Of a DNA stretch of 64,000 nucleotides, positions 44,174-53,660 are shown in pieces. The notes under the pieces are model-generated. The model made no database searches, was not told the origin of the DNA, and saw only the letters and a list, made by a program, of their open reading frames with translations. Origin of the DNA: a virus. The stretch is taken from IMG/VR virus record IMGVR_UViG_3300022699_000232, positions 1 to 64,000 of that record. One strand, given 5' to 3'. Position 1 is the stretch's first letter. Each line of letters starts with the position of its first letter. The position numbers and the translations under genes were made by a program.

Positions 44174-46015
44174 ATGGCCGTTTTCCTCAGCACAACCGCA
44201 AAGGATCTTATTCGTTCGAACTTCTTCGGTAAGGATTTCGACAGCTACGTCACTGAGATTAACAACCAACTCGTTCTCCAGTTCGGAAACGAGGTCGCGG
44301 GGAATATCGTCACCTCGGACTACGGCCAGTATTTGGTCGAGATGCACGCCTTTGCCCTTTCGACAATGTCCTGGTACGGAGATAGGCAGGCAGATGACAC
44401 AACGCTCCAGTTCGTCCGCCTTCGCTCGGCCGCGAACGTCATTGCGCGTCAGCTTGGCTACAAGCCGAATGCGGCTGTTCCCCCGGCCATCGAACTGACG
44501 ATGACACTTGCATTCGCGCCCACCCTCACGCGATTGACGCTGGAGGCGGGTCGCGTTCTTGTTGGTCCTGCTGGACTGTTCTACGTAACCACCGAAGAGG
44601 TCATCTTCGATGTCGGTGAAGTGGGGCCGAAGACCTTTTCTGCTATAGAGGGCGAGGTCATCGAGGAGATCTTCACCAGCGACGGAACTCCGAACCAGTT
44701 CTTCTTCCTGGAGTCGGTTCCGACAAGTAAGTCTATCGCGCAGGACTCTCCGCGCGTATTCGTGAACAACGTCGAGTGGGCTGAGAATCCGCTGCTCACC
44801 TTCAAGCGAACCGACCAGTTTGAGATCCAGTACGGGTTCAATCCGCCGCGGCTTCAGTTCGGCGATGGTATCGCTGGAAACATCCCTCCCGTTGATGCTG
44901 AGATTCGCGTCACGTTCCTTGCTACGTCGGGACCTGCCGGTGCTGTCCAGGCCAACACGGTTACCAACTTTCAGGCGCCGCTAGTTGCTGGGTCTCAGAC
45001 GCTTCAAGCGACTCTGACGCACGATGACCCGTCGACGCCTGGTTCACCGCGCGAGAGCATCGACTCCATCAAGATCAATGCGCCGCTGGTCACGCAGACG
45101 GCCGACCGTGCTGTCACCCAGAAGGATCTGGATGCGCTCATCAACGCGTTCATCGATCCGGTCTTCGGTGCTGTAGCTGTCGGGCGCGCCACCGTACCGC
45201 GTACTGTGGACGAAGACGCCGAGGCGCTGACGATTATCGGGTTGATCGACGCCTGCTGTCCGGTGGTCCTGACCCACGGTGCAACCGACCCCTCTGGCAG
45301 CACCTTCACCGTTGGTTCGACGGTCACGGGCAACCTGTCAGAGGCAACCGGCACCATCGCGCGCGTTACGTCATCGACGACGCTGGAGGTCGTGGATGTC
45401 GGAGAAACGACACCGTTCGTGGTTGGAGACGTAATCACCGAGTTTGGAACGGGTGTTACGGCGACGCTTACTTCAGTTGCGGACCCGGGCATCGCATCTC
45501 GGCTGCGAACCTACTGGGACGCTGTTCTCTCCTCGAACTGTAAGGTCAACATCGTCAACGCACAGGTGCTTGCGGCAGACGCTACTGGTAGGTATGTATC
45601 CGCACCTGTCGGGCTCGCGACGGCCTTGGAGACGTTCCTCAACGAGCGTGCCGAGAGCACGGTTGAGGTGATTGTGACCGACGGGTCCATCAACCTCTTT
45701 AGCGTTTCGTTGGAGGTTGAGATCGCGTTGGCCGAAGGTTTCAACAACGAGGTTGCTCGTCAGACCGTCTTCGCCAATGTCATCGCTGTGCTGGAGACTG
45801 AACTTCTGGGTCGGTCTTACGGTGAGTCACTGCGCATCGGCGATCTCTACGCACTTGTTGAGGCGGTCGAAGGTGTCCGTTACAGCCACATTGCTGTGAG
45901 CGCGATCAACGGGGAAACCCCAGGTATCGGTGCTCTGAATGAGTTCGGAGACCTGGTCATCCGCGACTTCGAGGTCATCACACTCGGCGAGCAACCGGCG
46001 CTGTCTCAGATCTAA
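44174..46015 (+). CDS. baseplate wedge protein J / T4 gp6-like
   Basis: KDFDSY..ARQLGYKP..SDGTPNQFF..LQFGDGIAGNIPP..ESIDSIKINAP..DRAVTQKD..AVEGV. Confidence 0.9.
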   Translation: MAVFLSTTAKDLIRSNFFGKDFDSYVTEINNQLVLQFGNEVAGNIVTSDYGQYLVEMHAFALSTMSWYGDRQADDTTLQFVRLRSAANVIARQLGYKPNAAVPPAIELTMTLAFAPTLTRLTLEAGRVLVGPAGLFYVTTEEVIFDVGEVGPKTFSAIEGEVIEEIFTSDGTPNQFFFLESVPTSKSIAQDSPRVFVNNVEWAENPLLTFKRTDQFEIQYGFNPPRLQFGDGIAGNIPPVDAEIRVTFLATSGPAGAVQANTVTNFQAPLVAGSQTLQATLTHDDPSTPGSPRESIDSIKINAPLVTQTADRAVTQKDLDALINAFIDPVFGAVAVGRATVPRTVDEDAEALTIIGLIDACCPVVLTHGATDPSGSTFTVGSTVTGNLSEATGTIARVTSSTTLEVVDVGETTPFVVGDVITEFGTGVTATLTSVADPGIASRLRTYWDAVLSSNCKVNIVNAQVLAADATGRYVSAPVGLATALETFLNERAESTVEVIVTDGSINLFSVSLEVEIALAEGFNNEVARQTVFANVIAVLETELLGRSYGESLRIGDLYALVEAVEGVRYSHIAVSAINGETPGIGALNEFGDLVIRDFEVITLGEQPALSQI

Positions 46016-46027
46016 AGGATTCTAACC

Positions 46028-47029
46028 ATGTCTGAGCTTTCCCCGCGCAACCTGTTTCCTTACCCTTCGGAGCGCGAGCAGCCCTTCTTCGATCTATTCA
46101 AGGCCGGAGAGCTTGCGAAGGATGCGGCCATCTTCGCGAACTCCGACAACTCGAACATTGTCTGGCAGAAGGGTGGAATCTTCTCCTGGGATGCGGCGAC
46201 GGACACCCTCTTTTGGACCGACACGATCTACGTGAACGGTTTCCACGCACCGTTCGGTGGGTTCATTCCAAGTGGGTCTGTGACGCTTCAGGAGAACGAG
46301 GTCATCTACTTCAAGATGCCTCGGTTGGTTCAGAATCAGGATGTGGAACTCGAACTCTTCCGTTCGAGTCGGATCTTCCTGGAGGGTGTGCGTCTGCACG
46401 ACCTGAGACTCTTCGTCACACGACGTGACGACGTCATCTACTTCGCGAACGGCATGTCGCTCAACGACGGCGATACAGGCCCCTTGTTCGAAGCAGGGCT
46501 CATCAAGGTCACCACTGTTCTTCCACACCAGCACGAGCCTGCTTGGCTCTTCATTGCTCCGGCAGCCGGCCTCAATACGCTGACTCCTTCTCCCGTCATC
46601 ACGACGCCCGATCTCATTCGTGTCGACGTCTTCCGGAACGGACAACTTCTGGTGGAGGGCGCCACCGAAGACTACACGGTGGACCTGAACACAGGTGTCA
46701 TCACGCTCAACACGGCGACCGTTGTCGTGCCGAACCCCGACAAGTTCATCGTCTTCCGTGAGACCCGAGACAATTCCGGCGTCTCCGTGTCGAGTCACCA
46801 ACACCCTGCGCCGCTGCTGCTCAAGCCGACACCGGGAACGGCCGTCCTAAATGCTCTCGCGACGTCTCCCTTCCTGCTTCGCGTCGACGTGTTCCGCAAC
46901 GGTCAACTCCTCGCCGAAGGGGCAACGGAAGACTACACCGTAGACCTGGGCACGGGTCTCATCACCCTTGCCGTGGCGTCCGTAATCAACGACAAGTTCG
47001 AGATCTGGCGTGAGTTGGCGATCCCCTAA
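46028..47029 (+). CDS. baseplate/fibre attachment protein with two VFRNGQLL modules
   Basis: RVDVFRNGQLLxEGATEDYTVDLxTGxITL x2. Confidence 0.75.
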   Translation: MSELSPRNLFPYPSEREQPFFDLFKAGELAKDAAIFANSDNSNIVWQKGGIFSWDAATDTLFWTDTIYVNGFHAPFGGFIPSGSVTLQENEVIYFKMPRLVQNQDVELELFRSSRIFLEGVRLHDLRLFVTRRDDVIYFANGMSLNDGDTGPLFEAGLIKVTTVLPHQHEPAWLFIAPAAGLNTLTPSPVITTPDLIRVDVFRNGQLLVEGATEDYTVDLNTGVITLNTATVVVPNPDKFIVFRETRDNSGVSVSSHQHPAPLLLKPTPGTAVLNALATSPFLLRVDVFRNGQLLAEGATEDYTVDLGTGLITLAVASVINDKFEIWRELAIP

Positions 47030-47913
47030 TGTCTGGTAAGCCTTCTGCAATTGGGTTTGGATTCCAACCCTTCGGGGAATTCCCGTTCGGTCACGCGGAC
47101 TGGGCAGAGGAAGTTACGTTCGCCGTCGCGCCTCAGCACGTCAGGGACGACGACGCCCTTTGTCCGTTCGACCCGCCGGTGCCGTTCCGGAAGCTGGCGG
47201 ATTCTTACAAGCCGCAGCTTCAAGATCTACTGGACAATTGGGACCTGTTTCCGTCCCTGTGGGACGCCAACCGTGTTCCCATCGAGCAGCTAGCTCAGCT
47301 TGGCTATAACTTCAACATCTCGCCTAGTTCGCTGAAGAGTGAAGCTCTTCAGCGATCTGAAGTCCTCAACGCGGTTCAGTTCTTCCTCAACAAGGGAATC
47401 GATCAAGGCTACGAGATCGCTGCTGCTTTCTCTGGTCTGATCGTTACGATCACTCCGCTTTGGGCCGATTCGTGTGATGCCGGGGCCAACCTGATTGAAG
47501 AGGGGCCGACCGAGTTCTTCGCTACCTTCAACACGATTCCGGCGGACGCCATCTCAGCAGACGCGGTTTTCACCGATTTCTTCGCACGATGGCCGGGGAT
47601 GCTCACCTGGGATCTTCCTTGTCGAACCTCTTGGCTCAAGCTCTTCTTCACGACACCTGACGATACGGAGATCGAAGACTTCTCGGCTGTTGCTGAGGAC
47701 GTCATCAACAACGTGGAGCGCGTCCGCCCAATCCACGTTCGTATCGCGCAGTTCAGGTTCGACGGACCGAGGGCTGTAGGAGGCGGATGGACTCTTCCTG
47801 TTCAGGCCGAGAACGCAGCAGTCGGCGGCGGCTGGACGCTGCCTGTAGTGGGCGAACTTCGCGCAACTGGTGGTGGCTGGACACTGCCCGTCGTTGGAAC
47901 CCCATCGCCGTAG
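47029..47913 (+). CDS. baseplate protein I / gp7-like with C-terminal triple repeat
   Basis: LAQLGYNFNI..QRSEVLNAVQFFLNKGIDQGY..VRPIHV pattern; AVGGGWTLPV x3. Confidence 0.75.
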   Translation: MSGKPSAIGFGFQPFGEFPFGHADWAEEVTFAVAPQHVRDDDALCPFDPPVPFRKLADSYKPQLQDLLDNWDLFPSLWDANRVPIEQLAQLGYNFNISPSSLKSEALQRSEVLNAVQFFLNKGIDQGYEIAAAFSGLIVTITPLWADSCDAGANLIEEGPTEFFATFNTIPADAISADAVFTDFFARWPGMLTWDLPCRTSWLKLFFTTPDDTEIEDFSAVAEDVINNVERVRPIHVRIAQFRFDGPRAVGGGWTLPVQAENAAVGGGWTLPVVGELRATGGGWTLPVVGTPSP

Positions 47914-47925
47914 GAGACAGAGGTC

Positions 47926-48183
47926 ATGAGCACGACGATGACTTGGGAGGAGTTCATCTACGAGCTTTCTGCGCTGGGTTTCGTCTACGACAAGCGTGAT
48001 CGAAGCTGGAAGCGTGAGGATGGTGTGGCTGCTTGTGATGAGGCACTACGCGATCTTCATCGTAACTGGCCAGCTATGATGGGTGCTGTGCTGCATCTCT
48101 ACGCAGAGGGGTCGAAGACGGTCTACATCGAGTTCAACCGCGAGGGCAACACCTTCGTCGCGCGTCTACGCTCGGAGAAGTAA
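47926..48183 (+). CDS. hypothetical protein
   Basis: 85 aa, GAGG RBS, tightly packed. Confidence 0.65.
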   Translation: MSTTMTWEEFIYELSALGFVYDKRDRSWKREDGVAACDEALRDLHRNWPAMMGAVLHLYAEGSKTVYIEFNREGNTFVARLRSEK

Positions 48184-48186
48184 GAC

Positions 48187-49632
48187 ATGGCTAAGTTCCT
48201 GGCATATAAGCGCGACGACCGGCAAGTAGTCACCGTCAACACCATCGATGTGCTCGTCGAGAGCCTCGGAAACCAGGTTGCCGGTGCAGATGTCCTGTCG
48301 GACTTTCCGAATCGGTGCGAAAACGTCGTTTGTGAGTTCAGGGGCGACTACTACCTCCTCTACCGCACACCCAGCAACGAGATTCGACTCTCCCTTCTCG
48401 ATCTTGGGTCAGGAGTCTGGGCCGATGTAGTCGGGTTTACCGCCATCACGACAGTTTCGGGCACTCTCGTTCCTATGTGCCTTCAGGTCGTTCGTGACAG
48501 GCTTGTTGCCATCGCGACGGTTGCTAACTCGGTCGGCGTCGACGGTGTGATCGCGCGTCGTAGCGCATCAGACGACGGCTCGACGTGGAGTCCCATCAAC
48601 ACTCAGAACTTCGCAACCCAGCCTACGGACTCTCGGGCTGGGCCCAGCATCGTCTGGCACAACGCCGTCTTCTTCACCACATCTGAGGGGATCGGTTACT
48701 ACGATCCTGCTTCTGACACTCTGACGTCGACTTTCGACGACGGCGATGACAGCAGTATCACGGGCCAGAAGGCGAACTTCGGCGCCTTCACGTTCTTCGA
48801 GAATGATCTCTACTACGTCCTACCGACGGACAATCCGAGCGGTGCCCCCAACATCTACAGGCTGGACAAGACGTGGTCAACGACTGCGCCGACACCAACT
48901 TGGCAGAATCTTCTGATCGTGATTCCGGGAACAGGAGAGGTTGTTCTCAATAACGATACCGGCAACTACTCCATGTTCGTGAACCGGAACGGCATCATCA
49001 GCTTGCTCTACAGCGGAACGCTCGGCTCGAAGTTGGTCACGATTGAGGGATCTGGTTCGATGTTCACGGTCACAGACCTGTCGGACACGCTTGTTCCGCT
49101 GACGATCCGGGGTGAGCCGAACCTCGGCTTTGCCTACTACGTCGATGACCGCCGCCGGACCAACGAGAGGCACACGATCATCGTCCGGTTCCGGCCCTCG
49201 ATTCCTCAATCAGTGCTTCTCTATTCCTGGGATGGCGTCTCTGAATTGGAGCAGGTCGGCACGCTCGATGGCGGTGGAACCGGTCTCGACCTTATGGTGC
49301 CAGAAGTCGAGCGCGGCGACTTTCGCACCTTCACCGACAATCAACCGTCGGTGTTCGTTGACGACGCGAGCCAACCCTTTCCGGGGCGCGTGCGAGTCGA
49401 CTACACGATTCGCGACGACAGTTCTCGCCCCATCGACGTGATCCCGGAGTACTCCATCAACGGTCAGGATTGGTTCGAGATGACTCAGGGCGACGGAGAC
49501 TCTGGTAAGGAAAACCTGACTTCCTCCCCCACCGGTCTCTCCTACTTCTTCAACTGGGATGCCTTCGTTGATCTCGACGGAGACTTCGACAACGTCGACA
49601 TCCGCGTCGTCGCCAGGATCGCAGGAGTCTAG
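48187..49632 (+). CDS. beta-propeller-like virion protein, paralog
   Basis: NVVCEFRGDYYL, BNR-like SDDGSTW, C-terminal Ig-like domain EYSINGQDW..FNWDAFVD. Confidence 0.7.
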   Translation: MAKFLAYKRDDRQVVTVNTIDVLVESLGNQVAGADVLSDFPNRCENVVCEFRGDYYLLYRTPSNEIRLSLLDLGSGVWADVVGFTAITTVSGTLVPMCLQVVRDRLVAIATVANSVGVDGVIARRSASDDGSTWSPINTQNFATQPTDSRAGPSIVWHNAVFFTTSEGIGYYDPASDTLTSTFDDGDDSSITGQKANFGAFTFFENDLYYVLPTDNPSGAPNIYRLDKTWSTTAPTPTWQNLLIVIPGTGEVVLNNDTGNYSMFVNRNGIISLLYSGTLGSKLVTIEGSGSMFTVTDLSDTLVPLTIRGEPNLGFAYYVDDRRRTNERHTIIVRFRPSIPQSVLLYSWDGVSELEQVGTLDGGGTGLDLMVPEVERGDFRTFTDNQPSVFVDDASQPFPGRVRVDYTIRDDSSRPIDVIPEYSINGQDWFEMTQGDGDSGKENLTSSPTGLSYFFNWDAFVDLDGDFDNVDIRVVARIAGV

Positions 49633-49634
49633 TC

Positions 49635-49799
49635 ATGCTCGTCTACACGCTTGCCGATGGCTCCAAGTTCTACGTCAAGGAATCTGCGACCATCATGACC
49701 AACATGGGGCCGAAGCAGGCCGATGAGGCCCAGGTCGGTCACTACATCCGACTCGGGGGATGCCCCTTCTGTCGGATCGATATGATCGTCCAGAAGTAG
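49635..49799 (+). CDS. 54-aa protein with a Hint-fragment-like GPKxADExQxG motif and CxxC
   Basis: Manual translation MLVYTLADGSKFYVKESATIMTNMGPKQADEAQVGHYIRLGGCPFCRIDMIVQK; AGGAG RBS; fills the gap (shorter than any ORF in the track). Confidence 0.65.
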   Translation: MLVYTLADGSKFYVKESATIMTNMGPKQADEAQVGHYIRLGGCPFCRIDMIVQK

Positions 49800-49809
49800 G
49801 GAGCGCGCT

Positions 49810-51252
49810 GTGGCTGAGACTTTTCTCGTCCTGCGAAGCAACGATACGAGCCCGCAACTCTTCTTCCACAATGGGTTCACCATCGATTCCTCAGGACTCG
49901 GTTCTCTTCCGGGCGCATCGCTCGAAGACCTAACCGCGCTCGGAGGCGTCCGCGACAACGTCAAGCAGAACAACCGCGTATTTACCTTCCTGGACATGAT
50001 CTTCGTGATCCAAGACGGCGTGATCTACCGGAGCACGGACGAGGCAACGACGTTCGCTTCGGACTTCACGTTCACCGGGACAACGGACGACTGGTACCCG
50101 CAAGTCATCGGACCCGTCCCGGTCATGGTCCAAGGCGCCATCAAGCTCGTGGGCTTCTACATGAGCGGCGTCAACATCTTCGTGTTCGAGTACGACCTCG
50201 CGGGCGATACCTGGTCGGACAGCGATACGACCGTAGACGTGACGACCGGAACTGCTGGTCAGACGGTTCCCGTCGTGTCTAACAACCTCGTCTATGTGCG
50301 CATCGGCGACATGTTTATCGCCTACGATCCGTCCTCTGGCGGAACCATCACCCTCTCAAGCTCCCTCTCGAATGAAGGCGCCGACCAGATGGTTCTCTGG
50401 AACGGCGGATTGTGGCTCGGTCCCATTACCGACGGCGCCCCAGCCCACGCCGGCATCGCGACGCTGGATGGTGCTTCCTGGGACGTGGATACGAACGGTG
50501 CCGACCTCGGCGTAGGGGCTTCGGACTTTCCTTCGACATCGAGCAAGGCGGGTCTCTTCGTCGACCCCAACACCAACAATCTGATCGTGATGTGGACGTC
50601 GGATGCAGGCAACTTCTTCGTCCACAGCATTACTCCTGGTCTTGTTGTCACAGACCTTACGGGAACCGTCGCCGGGTCATCGCTTACGACCCTAGGCACT
50701 TTCGGCGCTAACACTCGGTTCTGGCCTCACGTCACCCGCCAACCGGGGGGCACTTACGGCGTATTCATCTACGCCGCTCGTGGTCCGACGCCGAGCGATC
50801 CCATCGAGAAGTTCGAGTGGGTCGACGATGCAACGCAGATCATCGAGCACGGTGTGGTCGGTGGCTCCGGTGATATGGCGTTTCCTTACGCCATTCACGG
50901 CGGCGACTACAACGGGTTCTTCGTGGACGAGAAGCGCGTCCTTCAGACCGCGCAATCAGTGAATCCGAGCGGAATCACCGTCACTTGCCAGGTCTACCAG
51001 AACGGCGGAACGGTCCTCTCAGTGCGAGGACACCACGACAACGTGCAGGCGAACGTCAATAACCTGACCCTCGATCCGATGACCATCCTCAATCCGGCGG
51101 GAGATCCGGGTCTCTCCTTGGGCGGGTCGAACCCAGGTGCCCAAGTCGACAACGTTCCCGCCGACAAAACGCCGATCACCTTCGACTGGGATCAGATCGC
51201 TGATGGGTTTGTCACTGGCGACACCTACAACTATCAGCTTGAGGCGTTCTAG
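49810..51252 (+). CDS. beta-propeller-like virion protein, paralog
   Basis: NRVFTFLDMIFV..GVIYRSTD..; C-terminal FDWDQIADG. Confidence 0.7.
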   Translation: MAETFLVLRSNDTSPQLFFHNGFTIDSSGLGSLPGASLEDLTALGGVRDNVKQNNRVFTFLDMIFVIQDGVIYRSTDEATTFASDFTFTGTTDDWYPQVIGPVPVMVQGAIKLVGFYMSGVNIFVFEYDLAGDTWSDSDTTVDVTTGTAGQTVPVVSNNLVYVRIGDMFIAYDPSSGGTITLSSSLSNEGADQMVLWNGGLWLGPITDGAPAHAGIATLDGASWDVDTNGADLGVGASDFPSTSSKAGLFVDPNTNNLIVMWTSDAGNFFVHSITPGLVVTDLTGTVAGSSLTTLGTFGANTRFWPHVTRQPGGTYGVFIYAARGPTPSDPIEKFEWVDDATQIIEHGVVGGSGDMAFPYAIHGGDYNGFFVDEKRVLQTAQSVNPSGITVTCQVYQNGGTVLSVRGHHDNVQANVNNLTLDPMTILNPAGDPGLSLGGSNPGAQVDNVPADKTPITFDWDQIADGFVTGDTYNYQLEAF

Positions 51253-51269
51253 GCGGATCGAGTTAGAGC

Positions 51270-52841
51270 ATGGCTACCGAATTCCTTGCGATGCACAACA
51301 AGTTCTCTGGCACCATCGGCAACGGTGTTGCCGTCTTTCGTGTGCTCAACGCAACTTCGGCCCAAGTCGGAAATGGGTTCGCCAGAAGAGAGCAGTTCTC
51401 CTCACAGTTTACCTTCGGGCTCCAGCGTGTCGTCCAGTTCAAAGGGGCCGAGGATCTCTATGCTGGGACTGGATCCGAGGGTGGTTCAGCCGGCGACGAT
51501 GGTGGAGTGTATAAGTACAACCCCTCAACAAGCAATTGGGACCAAGTGGTTAGTGAGGGGAGCTTTACCGAGGGATTCGATACCACAATGGGGCATCTCT
51601 TCGTGGGCCCTTACGTGGTATTCGTTAACGGCGAACCACATCTTGCTGTTCTAGCGCCCGGTAATAACAACGCTCGATTCCAGGGCGCCCGCTCGGTCGA
51701 TGGTTCGACCTGGTCATTTTCGGCCGCATCCGATTTCTCTGGGTCTGTAGATGCCGAGCGTGAAGCGGACTGCTGGAACAGCCATGTCTTCGGAAACGCT
51801 ATCTATACGTTCATCGAGGACGATGTCACCTTCTCAGCAACCGAGGGCTGGTTTGCCGTCTCTTATGATCCCGCAGCACAATCAGTCTCGCTTCACACGG
51901 TCGACTCCGGCTTGCACGGAGGCGGCGGCTCTAACAAGCAGGCGGCTGTTTGTTTTCTCAACGGACGACGATGGCTCATCAACTCGTGGCCCGGCGGCGG
52001 TGCGGACGAACCTCCGGTGGTTGTCGAATGGCCGGCGGGTCAGAACATTTCGTCCTCGCTTAATCGTTTGGTGCTTGAGTCTGGCGGTACTCCTTTTGGA
52101 AACAATCGTTGTGCATTATTCACCGACGGGACATTCCTTTACGCCCTCTACTACTACCAGAGTGTTGGGGACTCTGGTGGTGGCTGGCACATGATGAAGC
52201 TGCAAGAGAGTGGTGCCGGTCTTGCAATCGTGTCGGACCTGACCGATGTCGTACTTCCGGCCTCTGTCGGTCGAAATAGTGGTGCGGGTGGCCACTTCAC
52301 TTGGATGTTCGACCAGGAAGTCAATCCAGGCGGTGTGCCTGAGATTCGTCTCTACCATGATTCTGGTGCGTCGTGGGATGTCTACAAATGGAATGGTGAC
52401 TCTGCTTTGATCGGTGCTGGCGGATCACCAAATGATTCTGGAGCCACTGATGGCATCATGATCCCTGGCGGACCAAACTCAGACGACCAACCGATCTGGT
52501 GGTCCGACGGTCCCGATGGCGGTTCCGTCAACATCGAGTTTGAGCCGGCGACAAGCGGAGATGTAATCACGCCTGCGCTAGGCGGAGAGAGGCTGCGGTT
52601 CAAGATCTATGGACCGCTCGGAACTGAGACGGTAAACGTCAGAGTCTTCTTTGGCGAAGATGACGAATTTCAATTTCAGCAGGCCAGTCTCTCAGATGCT
52701 TCTCACGGCACCATCGTCAGTGACGAAATCCAGGGTCTCACGGCTGACGGTTCGACGATCTACGCCGTCACGGCCGGCTATCCCGGTGTTACGACCGGCG
52801 AACCGATCACAACGCAGTTGTACGTAGAGATCCAACCGTAG
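51270..52841 (+). CDS. beta-propeller-like virion protein, paralog
   Basis: QRVVQFKG..GVYKYNP..W, RSVDGSTW, SDLTDVVLPA, FDQE, GGERLRFKIYG shared with 21911-23371. Confidence 0.7.
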   Translation: MATEFLAMHNKFSGTIGNGVAVFRVLNATSAQVGNGFARREQFSSQFTFGLQRVVQFKGAEDLYAGTGSEGGSAGDDGGVYKYNPSTSNWDQVVSEGSFTEGFDTTMGHLFVGPYVVFVNGEPHLAVLAPGNNNARFQGARSVDGSTWSFSAASDFSGSVDAEREADCWNSHVFGNAIYTFIEDDVTFSATEGWFAVSYDPAAQSVSLHTVDSGLHGGGGSNKQAAVCFLNGRRWLINSWPGGGADEPPVVVEWPAGQNISSSLNRLVLESGGTPFGNNRCALFTDGTFLYALYYYQSVGDSGGGWHMMKLQESGAGLAIVSDLTDVVLPASVGRNSGAGGHFTWMFDQEVNPGGVPEIRLYHDSGASWDVYKWNGDSALIGAGGSPNDSGATDGIMIPGGPNSDDQPIWWSDGPDGGSVNIEFEPATSGDVITPALGGERLRFKIYGPLGTETVNVRVFFGEDDEFQFQQASLSDASHGTIVSDEIQGLTADGSTIYAVTAGYPGVTTGEPITTQLYVEIQP

Positions 52842-52850
52842 GCGTTCGCA

Positions 52851-53615
52851 ATGCCGTTTAGCTCCGGATTACTCCACAGCTTTAGGCCGCGACAGCTTGC
52901 TTCTTTCTCCTCCGGTCTGCTCCACTCACTGGTGCAGGGACCAGGTCGTCAGTTCACTGGTCTTACGGAAGACGAGGCGGAGTTCCCGCCGGCACAGGTC
53001 TACAGCGCCTCTACTGGGGATGTCATCATCACCGCTCCAGCACGTCAGTACGGGGGTACGTCGAGCGCCATTACGGTCTTGCCGCCTGCGCAGGTCTATA
53101 GTGGTAACGTTGGTGATGTTGTCCCTCCTATCGTCAGCGCATTTGGCTTCGGCGGCACAACCGGTGGTGAGGTGATCTTTACCATTCTCCCGGCCCCTCT
53201 CAATCTGACGGCTACGGTTGTGGACGCGGGCGATGTGGACCTGGTGTGGATCGATGCAAGTAGCGGCGGAGCCGATGGGTTCCGCGTCGAACGCTCGTTG
53301 ACGGGGCAGAATACCTGGGAAGAGATCGGCGAAACCGAGCCCACGGAGACGAGCTTCCGGGATCGGTTCGCCATCCCCCTTGTCACCTACGACTACCGCG
53401 TATTCGCCTTCGATTCGGTGGGTGATTCGCTTCCATCGAATATTGCGATGGCGACGACGCCTCTTCCTCCGAACATCTCGACTCCCCCACCGCCAACGAC
53501 TCCTGCTGACCCACAGCGCAATAAGCTGAAGCCATCGGAGGTCGAGTTCCTCAGTCCTGGTGTTTACGGTCTCGAAGAGGATGATGAGGGGAACATCACT
53601 GGGAACAAGCTATGA
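52851..53615 (+). CDS. fibronectin type III domain protein with C-terminal FLSPGVY motif
   Basis: PAPLNLTA..VDLVW..GFRVERS..W..FRD..TYDYRVFAF..GDSLPSN is a canonical FN3 pattern. Confidence 0.85.
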   Translation: MPFSSGLLHSFRPRQLASFSSGLLHSLVQGPGRQFTGLTEDEAEFPPAQVYSASTGDVIITAPARQYGGTSSAITVLPPAQVYSGNVGDVVPPIVSAFGFGGTTGGEVIFTILPAPLNLTATVVDAGDVDLVWIDASSGGADGFRVERSLTGQNTWEEIGETEPTETSFRDRFAIPLVTYDYRVFAFDSVGDSLPSNIAMATTPLPPNISTPPPPTTPADPQRNKLKPSEVEFLSPGVYGLEEDDEGNITGNKL

Positions 53616-53660
53616 TGGTCGGCGCAATTCGTCGCCGCCTTACGATTTGCGAGTAATCCT

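Noticed and set aside
35478-44174. TAG reassignment (code 15) suggested by in-frame TAG-start junctions, e.g. hub TAG directly followed by spike ATG would give a VgrG-like fusion
   Set aside because: All recognisable proteins are full length under code 11, gaps of 0 or 3 nt occur equally after TAA stops, and many TAG junctions are out of frame; this is translational coupling
3909-46015. Bacterial extracellular contractile injection system or T6SS instead of a phage
   Set aside because: gp13/gp14-like head-tail neck genes, GroES, a frameshifted chaperone plus tape measure and the absence of host genes point to a phage
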